Assembly: GCA_964016885.1 (NCBI GenBank)
Contig: OZ024747.1
Location: 20,708,001-20,772,000 of the forward strand
Source of the DNA: Eledone cirrhosa
Taxonomy: Eukaryota
DNA length: 64,000 bases
Reading direction: 5' to 3'
A program made the position numbers and the translations under genes. Under the pieces are notes generated by a model that was given only the letters and a program-made list of their open reading frames with translations, was not told the origin of the DNA and did not search any database. This document shows, piece after piece, positions 56,291 to 64,000 of this stretch (the stretch's first letter is position 1; the number at the start of each line of letters is the position of its first letter).

Positions 56291-57178
56291 TCTATATATA
56301 TAAAACTGAGGATGTCTGTGTGTGTGTGTGAATTTGAATCTCTAAAACTCGAGAACCACCCAACCGACTATTTTCAAACTTTGCACATGTAGTACTTATG
56401 TTTCAGGGAGTGTTCTGAGCAAAACAAATTTCAATTTTTTTCAATGCCCTAGGGACCGCATTAGGTGATTTAGCGATCTCTCTCTATAATTCTTAGTCTT
56501 TCTCTTTTTAGATAGATACATACATATAACGTCGTGCCCTTATAATATCTGTCTCTATGTCTGACAGTCCGCATTAGGTCACTTCCCTGAGGATGTCTGT
56601 CTGTCTCTGTGTGTGTGTGTCTGTGAGTTTGAATCCCTAAAATTCGAGAAGTATCCAACCGAAATTTTTCAAACTTTACATGTGTATTACTTATATTTCA
56701 GGGAGTGTTATGCACATTAAAAAACTTTTCGATGCCCCAGGGCCCGCATTAGGTGAAAAACTGCGTTTTTTTTAGGTTTTTAGGTTCTTTTTGAGTCGTT
56801 ACGTCAGACTGATTCCTTGAAATTGTAACTGTGTATTAGTCAGTCTCTTCTTCATACCGTGAGCAAAGAAAATCCAACTTTTTTATGGCCTAGGCCCCAC
56901 ATTAGGTGAAAAACTTCATTTCTTCAGCTTTTTCGGGCTTTTTTGAGGCGTTACGTCTAGCCGATTTTCCCGAAATTTCAAAGCATGTGCACATAAAAAT
57001 ATTCATTTTATTGATCCCCTAAGTCAAAACCTGCATTTTTCCTGCTTTATCGAGGAAAATATTAAAGATTATCCAGCCATCAGAGTTTTCGGTTTATTTT
57101 CTTTACATATTGTCCACGCATGCAGTTTTTCCACGATTAGGTCTGTTGGCGGCCTGCAATGACGGGTACCACTGCTAG
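56291..57178 (+). mobile_element. Non-autonomous Helitron-like element
   Basis: A|TCTATATATATAAAA start, GTCTGT/GT microsatellite, internal tandem duplications, 3' CCTGCAATGACGGG..CTAG|T. Confidence 0.7.
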
Positions 57179-57304
57179 TGGGTTTTTGTTATGTATCTGT
57201 TTGTGTCATCTTATGTCATTCTCAGAGCAGCTATATGGAACTTAATTTGGAAATAACCCGAAAGTGAAAGGTATTCTTTCACATTCGGGTTATTTCCAAA
57301 TTAT

Positions 57305-57580
57305 GGATCGGTAGAGGGTCGGACGTCATGCTTTGACGCATAGAGTTACATTCTGAGTTCAAATCCCGCCGAGGTTAACTTTGCCTTTCATCCTTAGGGG
57401 GTCGATAAAATAAAGTACCAGTAATGCACTGGGTAATTGCTGGCCTTGTGCCAAAAGTAGAAACAATTATTATTATTGGTTAACTTTGCCTTTCATCCTT
57501 ACGGGTCGATAAAATAAAGTACCAGTAATCTACTGGCTAATTTCTGGCCTTGTGCCAAAAGTAGAAACAATTATTATTAT
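57305..57580 (+). mobile_element. Meta/MESC-type SINE with tandem duplication of its 3' half
   Basis: GGTTAACTTTGCC...AGAAACAATTATTATTATT repeated at 57373-57477 and 57478-57580. Confidence 0.85.
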
Positions 57581-57907
57581 TGGTTATTAATATATTTGAT
57601 ATCATTCCTTGGTGATCCATAACTATGGACGTATACATTTATTATATATACTACATATATTATTCGTAAAATGATTGACAGGTAAACATTGGAACGAAAT
57701 CAATGGCGATATATTATAGATACGATTCGATTATTTGTATCATTCCTAAAAAAAAATACAGACTGATAAATATATATTTGAAATTTAAGTGTGTATATCA
57801 CACACACACATCCTCATGCACACAAACACACACAAACGCACATGCGCAAGCACACATATACACTCACACACACACATATATATATTAATATATATATATA
57901 TATATAT

Positions 57908-58108
57908 AGTTTTAATATAGATGAGATTCTACAGGACTAGAACTGTTTCATTCTTTAGAAATCATCAGGAATCTCTGAGATTCCTGATGATTTCTAAAGA
58001 AAAACAGTTCTAGTCCTGTAGAATCTCATCTATATTAAAACTTTTATACTCTGCAATGTATTGAGTACCTTACTTACTGTGGTTACCGCCGATTCAACCC
58101 GGAATAAC

Positions 58109-58110
<2 letters not shown>
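57908..58110 (+). mobile_element. Mini-palindromic insert in (TA)n made of two head-to-head hammerheads (arms 57908-58042) plus tail
   Basis: - strand 57923-57975: GAGATTC-CTGATGA-TTTCTAAAGAAT-GAAA-CAG TTCTAGTC CTG-TA-GAATCTC; + copy 57977-58027 has a 2-nt deletion. Confidence 0.88.
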
Positions 58111-58161
<51 letters not shown>

Positions 58162-58224
58162 ATAATGAATATAACGGAAGTTGCAGCTGCGATTAACAGA
58201 TTCGCGTCCGATTTTCGAAGGCTG

Positions 58225-58260
<36 letters not shown>

Positions 58261-58544
58261 TATTTATCATACATAACACATCCTGTATGCCTATATATGC
58301 ATCCTTATTACATATATATGCATACACATACACACACACTCGCACATACACACACACACACATATATATATATATATTTATATATATATATATAATTCAA
58401 AAAGATATATGAGTGAGAGTCATATATCGTTTGAGAAAAACATAGAGTTGTGTACATATATAAGGCACATAATATTTAGGAAAAAGTACAACTTTGCATC
58501 TGTTTATACGCACACACACACACTCACACACTCACACACACACT

Positions 58545-58646
<102 letters not shown>

Positions 58647-59479
58647 CTCTAAATCCGCTTGTTGTAAATTGACTTAATTACATTTAATTATTGGAAATTA
58701 GTAAATATCATCATTTGAACTTTATCTCTACTACATCCTGTTCTCTTCTTTTTCTCTCATACTGGAATAGAAATATTTAGTAAATATGTTGGAATAAACA
58801 ATTTATTCTGGTGAGTTGTAGTGTTTTTTATTGGACTTTGGTTGTTGTTTTTTTTAGTTCAATAGAGCAATGTATATTAAAGATGCTTTGTTCTAAAGAA
58901 ACTCCTTTCAAGCTGCAAAAAAGTGTTACGTGGGGAAATATTTATGTCAAAATAGAAGATATAGAATGGAAATAACAATATAGTTTTGGTTGAAAAGAGA
59001 GAGCGAGAGTGCTATAGAGAGAAATAGAATCCTATATCAAGTTATAAGCAACCAATTGGTAGAAATATTAGTACAGCAGATAAAATATCTTGTAGTATTT
59101 ATTCTGAGTTTAAATCACATTGATATCAGCTGCTATCATTTCAGAGTCAATAAATAAGTATGAGTCTAGTCAGTGGACTAACGAAATCGTTAATAGCATT
59201 TGCTCCGAATCTTTGTGTTCTAAGTTCTAATTTCAACGTAGGCTACTTCAGGGGTCTCTCTCTCTCTCTCTCTGTTGCGAGCATTCTGGTCAGGTCTTCA
59301 ATTTGAAGATAACCTCTTCCCTCTCAGTCGTGAAGGGTCCTGAAAATGGACAATTTCAACAATCGATCTACACATTCTTAAAATATATATTTTAAGACTT
59401 TTGAGGAGAAGAAATAATGGGATGAACACCAGAGTAAAGTCCTGTTTTTTTTTTTTCCAACGCCTCAAACAGAAGTAAG

Positions 59480-59870
59480 GATTTCAAATTTACGCACAGT
59501 GCCAGCAATTTAGGAGAACGGAAATTGGTTAAATCGACATCAGTACTGAACTGGTACTTTATTGTATGAACCCCGAAAGGATGAAAGATAAAGTTGACCC
59601 TGGTGGCGTTTGAACACAAGTTGTTAAATGACAGAAATACCACAAAGCACTTCGTCCGACGCCTTTAAAATTCTAAATAGAAATAATTGTTTCTACTTTT
59701 GGCACAAGGCCAGCAATAACCCAGTAGATTCCTGGTACTTTATTTTATCGACCCCGTAAGGATGAAAGGCAAATTTAACCTCGGCGGGATTTGAACTCAG
59801 ATCGTAAAGGGACGTAACTATGCTGGAAAGCATGGTTTCCAACCCTCTACCGATACTGCCAATCCACCGC
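59480..59870 (-). mobile_element. Two Meta/MESC-type SINEs (59480-59670 diverged; 59682-59870 full length with TSD AATTCTAAATAGAAATAAT)
   Basis: Alignment to family; direct repeat at ~59669 and ~59873. Confidence 0.85.
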
Positions 59871-60973
59871 CCAATTCTAAATAGAAATAATAATATTGAT
59901 TTCTTACATAGACACAAGGCCCAGGAAAGATTTCTATCTACTGTATCGATTCCAGTACTTGACTGGTGATTTATTTTATCATCCCCCGTCCCGGCATTTA
60001 TGAAGGATAAAGTTTAACACAGTGGGATGGCAGCCCTAAATGTAACAGACAATATGTAAATATCTTCCAGGCTCCACTGTTTCTGCCATTCTAATGTTAG
60101 TTTAAAGCTGGTTTTATCTGGTATTTGTTATTATTCCTTGACGAGATGAGAGTTTCATGTTGTTATTGATGTAAGCAAACTAAAGAATAATCTGTGGTGA
60201 TGTGAGGCGGGGTTAGTTTTGCAGATGCGATTAGGATTGATGTAATGACTTGGAGTGAAAGAAATTTGAGACGTTGAGGAAAAGTCACGGCTTTTTTTTC
60301 TTTTGTTGTTGTTGTTGCTTTTGCTGCTTCGAGCGTTCTTGACGTGTTTGTTGATGTTGCTGTTAACGGTGGTAATGATCAGGTTTTTGAAGGTTAAGTT
60401 TATTGTAATTCATGAAAATTTTCTTAGATGTTCCGGAGCGTATGTCTACAAATATGTGTGTATTGTGAGTGTGTGTGTACGTGTGTACGCGCGTGTATGT
60501 GTATGTGTACGTCTGTATGATTTTCTATATGTTTTGGGTAATTGCGTGTAAGTATATATATATAACGTACCTTATGTATATGTGTACAGCTAACAAACCT
60601 GCTTGAAATCGTGTATTTTTCTGTAGTAATATTTATGAATGCAAGTGTAGATTACTTGTGGAATTACACACTGTTTGTGTGAACGTGTGTTTCTTTTTTT
60701 ATATTTATATAAATATGTCTCACTATGTGCTGATAGTGATGGAGCAGATGATACGAAAGAAGATATGAATGAGAAGAATGGATGTTTTTAAAGTTAAAAT
60801 GGAAAATTCCGAAATACATATAGAATTTATAAAACAATCGGAAAAAAGCATAGATAAGCCACAGCTGCTATAATAATATAGTAACAGTATAGAGTTTTAC
60901 TGAATCTTTACTGAATTAAGAGAATAAAAAGCTTCTAAAACCCTTTTTCCCACCAGAGATTAATTTTCAAACA

Positions 60974-61595
60974 TTGTCAGCTACAGAAAGAATGGGTGTC
61001 AGTGAGAGACATAGGGAAAGAATCAACAGCAACAGAAGGCTGCTGGACATGTTACCAGGAGAGAAAAGATGCTACAAATTAGTTGACACAATCACTTCCC
61101 AAGACCAGGTTGTAAATAATCCAACTGAACTTTTGAACAGTCTTGAATTAGCAGGAATTCCTCCACACAACCTGATACTGAAGCTTGGAGCATCGGTTAT
61201 GCTCCTTCGTAATGTGGATCCTCCAAAACTTTGCAATGGCGCAAATCTCATCATCAAAAATATGATACCCAATGTCCTAGAAGTTGCAAACATGTCAGGA
61301 ACATTTTCTGGTGACAATTGTTTCATTCCCAGAATACCCCTGAAGCCAACTGATTTGCCATTTGAAATTCAAAGGCTTCAATTTCCTATCAGACTCAGAT
61401 TTGTCATGAATATCAATAAGGGAGTAGCAATCCAAACAACAACACTCGAGAAGAATAATAATATGTTGAGCAAGCGAAAATGAATATTCTGCTTTAGTTA
61501 AAGCACAGCAATCGTATTTCATTCGTCAAATATTTTGTAATATGTGCAAAAATATATGCATAATATTCCCGGGCGTCGCCAGGTACCTCTACTAG
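60974..61595 (+). mobile_element. Helitron 3' remnant: PIF1-family helicase C-terminus + terminal hairpin + CTAG
   Basis: GIPPHNLILKLGASVMLLRNVDPPKLCNG...IPRIPL...FEIQRLQFPIRLRFVMNINK; CCCGGGCGTCGCCAGG...CTAG|T at 61568-61596. Confidence 0.88.
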
Positions 61596-61624
61596 TATAT
61601 ATATATAAACATATATATATATAT

Positions 61625-61815
61625 ATTAAAATAACAGATTAAAATTTAAGCAAAGAATCGCTGCTTTCACTCTTAACGGGACCTTCTGAAGATCCCGGTA
61701 CGGGTGAAAGCAGCGATTCTTTGCTTAAACTCTAATCTGTTATTTTAATGAATATTTGCTCTAGGGTTATATATTTATCCTTATCCAGCCCTCTTCGGAT
61801 TTTAGTCTTCACATT
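61625..61815 (+). mobile_element. PLE-end family 'G' palindrome (arms 61625-61749) plus tail
   Basis: Inverted arms centred on CTTCTGAAG; homologous to 17905 and 32904 copies; TA flanks. Confidence 0.82.
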
Positions 61816-61838
61816 TATATATATATATGTGTGTGAGC

Positions 61839-61942
<104 letters not shown>

Positions 61943-63068
61943 GTGTGTGTGCGTGTGTGTGTGTGTTTGTGTGCGTGTGTGTGTGTGTGCGTGTGTGTGT
62001 GTGTGTGTGTGTATGTGTGCGTGTGTAAAGAGGCAGGCTATAAATTCTAATATTCGGCTTATTAGGATTTCATGGATGTAGTAGTTTCATAGTTTGTACT
62101 GATGTAGTTACATAGACTCCATATATCCGACAAGTGTGTGCCCCAACCGCAATAAATACTCATCAGTCATATTTAAATCTGTAAATATCTCAAACATTCA
62201 TTACTTCCTGTAATTTGATGTGTATGAATATGAATACTTTCCTGTCTATTTGTTTTGTTTGTTTCACTCCAATGTTGTTGTCGTTGTTGTCACTCTCATC
62301 TGTTGTGGTGTTGCTGCCCGAGCTTTCAAGACTGGTAAATTGGCTTCACGTCATTTGTCGTCTATGTTGCCGATGATTTTGTTGTTACTGCCTGGTGTCA
62401 CAGTGATGACGGCGGAGTGAAAGGAGTGATTTGGTTTTGATTTTTTTTTTTTCATTAGGTGAAAAATGTCGTAACACCACTTGCATTGTGGGAATTTTTT
62501 ATAAAACATTCCTTTGCACTGCGAAGAAGGACACTTTACGAACAAGAATATAAATGCAATCAAGTTCGAATGATTTCTTTAATATTGAAATAAATGTAGT
62601 TAAGAATATAAGATATCTAGATATACTTTATCATATTTGCAGAAGTACAAAGATACGTGACACATTTGAAAAGAAAGAAGACATTATAATTTAGATGAAC
62701 AAGAGATGAAGAAATATTTAACAAAATTATAAAACAAAATTTTAAAGGTATAGAACAAAGATTAAAGATTAACATCTAATAATTTAATTTGATACAAAAA
62801 TTTATAAAATAGTTAGAAATGATAATACAATCACATCTTGTTATACGTTGAAATACAGCAAGCCTAACGGGAAGTGAGAATTAAATGTCACATGTCGCCA
62901 GTATGAAATACAAATTTGATTTTTTTTTATGTGAAAGTGGCAAACTACATGACAGTATACATACATGCGTATATAAATATGTACTTTCACACATATATGT
63001 ACAATACACATGCATACACACACACGCACACACACACATATATATATATATCTAACTTTTATATACAT

Positions 63069-63162
<94 letters not shown>

Positions 63163-63899
63163 ATAAAAGTTTTAAATAAGAATATCTAACTACAGGAGAC
63201 AATGTATATGAGTATTTGTTTAGGTGTATTGGGGGACGCTAGCTAGGAACCGTATGGGGTCCTAATTAAATATATTATATCAATATATACTTCATTCATC
63301 TTTAATTAAAATAAGATATAGTGCAGTAAATTTGTCACAGAAATTCGAAACTTTATCTGCATTTTCAGTTGCCATTAGCTACGGCTTCTCAGTTGTTCTA
63401 CATGTACTTGTGTTTGCATGTATATGGAAGATAAACGTGTTGTGTATGCACCGTTCCATAATGTTATACATTCTATCCTTTACATCATACTTGCATCGGA
63501 CGCTGTTATTTCCCTTATACATGATATGAATGTTTTTTATAATTTCAGATTTATTAGTTAAACAATTAATATACAAATTGCAACGTTACTGTAGAGAAAT
63601 AATATGAATATCACGCATAATGTTTAAATATAGTGGATTTGTTATTGTGATATCTTGGATGTAGATCTGGTTGTTCGACATCCGTCTATTCTAACGATGA
63701 ATCTTCTAGTAACTAGTAAACAGCTTTTTTGGCTGTGTATTTTAAAGATATTTAAACAAATGATTCCAACGATATCTTAAATTGAATATATTAAGTTTTT
63801 CCATTACTACATTCATCTGGGGTTAATACAAATTACTTTTAAGTATAGTCAACACTCGTGATTAAATTTTAGCTTGTGTAATTTTCCATAATTATTCTT

Positions 63900-63977
63900 T
63901 TATAGCCTTCGCCCGGCCCGCTATCCGTCATTAATACTCGATCCGGCCCCTGAAGGCAAAGAAGTTGCCAACCCCTG
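63900..63977. mobile_element. Possible hAT-like MITE terminus
   Basis: CGGCCCG/CGGCCC subterminal motifs and AAGTTGCCAACCCCTG end; similar end at 19268-19301; partner end not identified. Confidence 0.4.
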
Positions 63978-64000
63978 TTCCAGTTGATTCAATAACGGAC

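Noticed and set aside
60974-61483. Host PIF1 helicase gene
   Set aside because: Intronless degraded fragment followed by Helitron hairpin and CTAG.

Overview
Very AT-rich, repeat-saturated eukaryotic intergenic or intronic DNA. The SINE repertoire and microsatellite density suggest a cephalopod such as Octopus (inference). No intact host gene is visible; nearly all long ORFs in the track are translations of microsatellites. Real coding remnants are all transposon-derived: three Penelope-like retroelements (PLEs; GIY-YIG, CxCx5Cx5C linker, Naiad-like), R4/Dong-like, RTE and Tx1/L1 LINE fragments, two mariners and two Helitrons. There are also about 20 copies of a tRNA-derived Meta/MESC-type SINE. 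The most interesting signal is a set of about a dozen 100-700 bp inserts sitting in (TA)n tracts. Many are near-perfect palindromes folded back at or near a minimal type-I hammerhead ribozyme (several with non-canonical cores). In about 9 sequence-divergent families the inverted arm stops 4-10 nt before the same covarying bulged stem-loop (ACTC/GCTC/GTTC/ATTC - stem - loop - stem - 2-nt bulge - GAGT/GAGC/GAAC/GAAT). One such insert is a 290-bp tandem/inverted unit carrying a tRNA-like Pol III cassette. I interpret this as a PLE-driven, TA-microsatellite-targeted system with an apparently undescribed cis-acting signal and non-autonomous passengers. All folds and alignments were done by eye.
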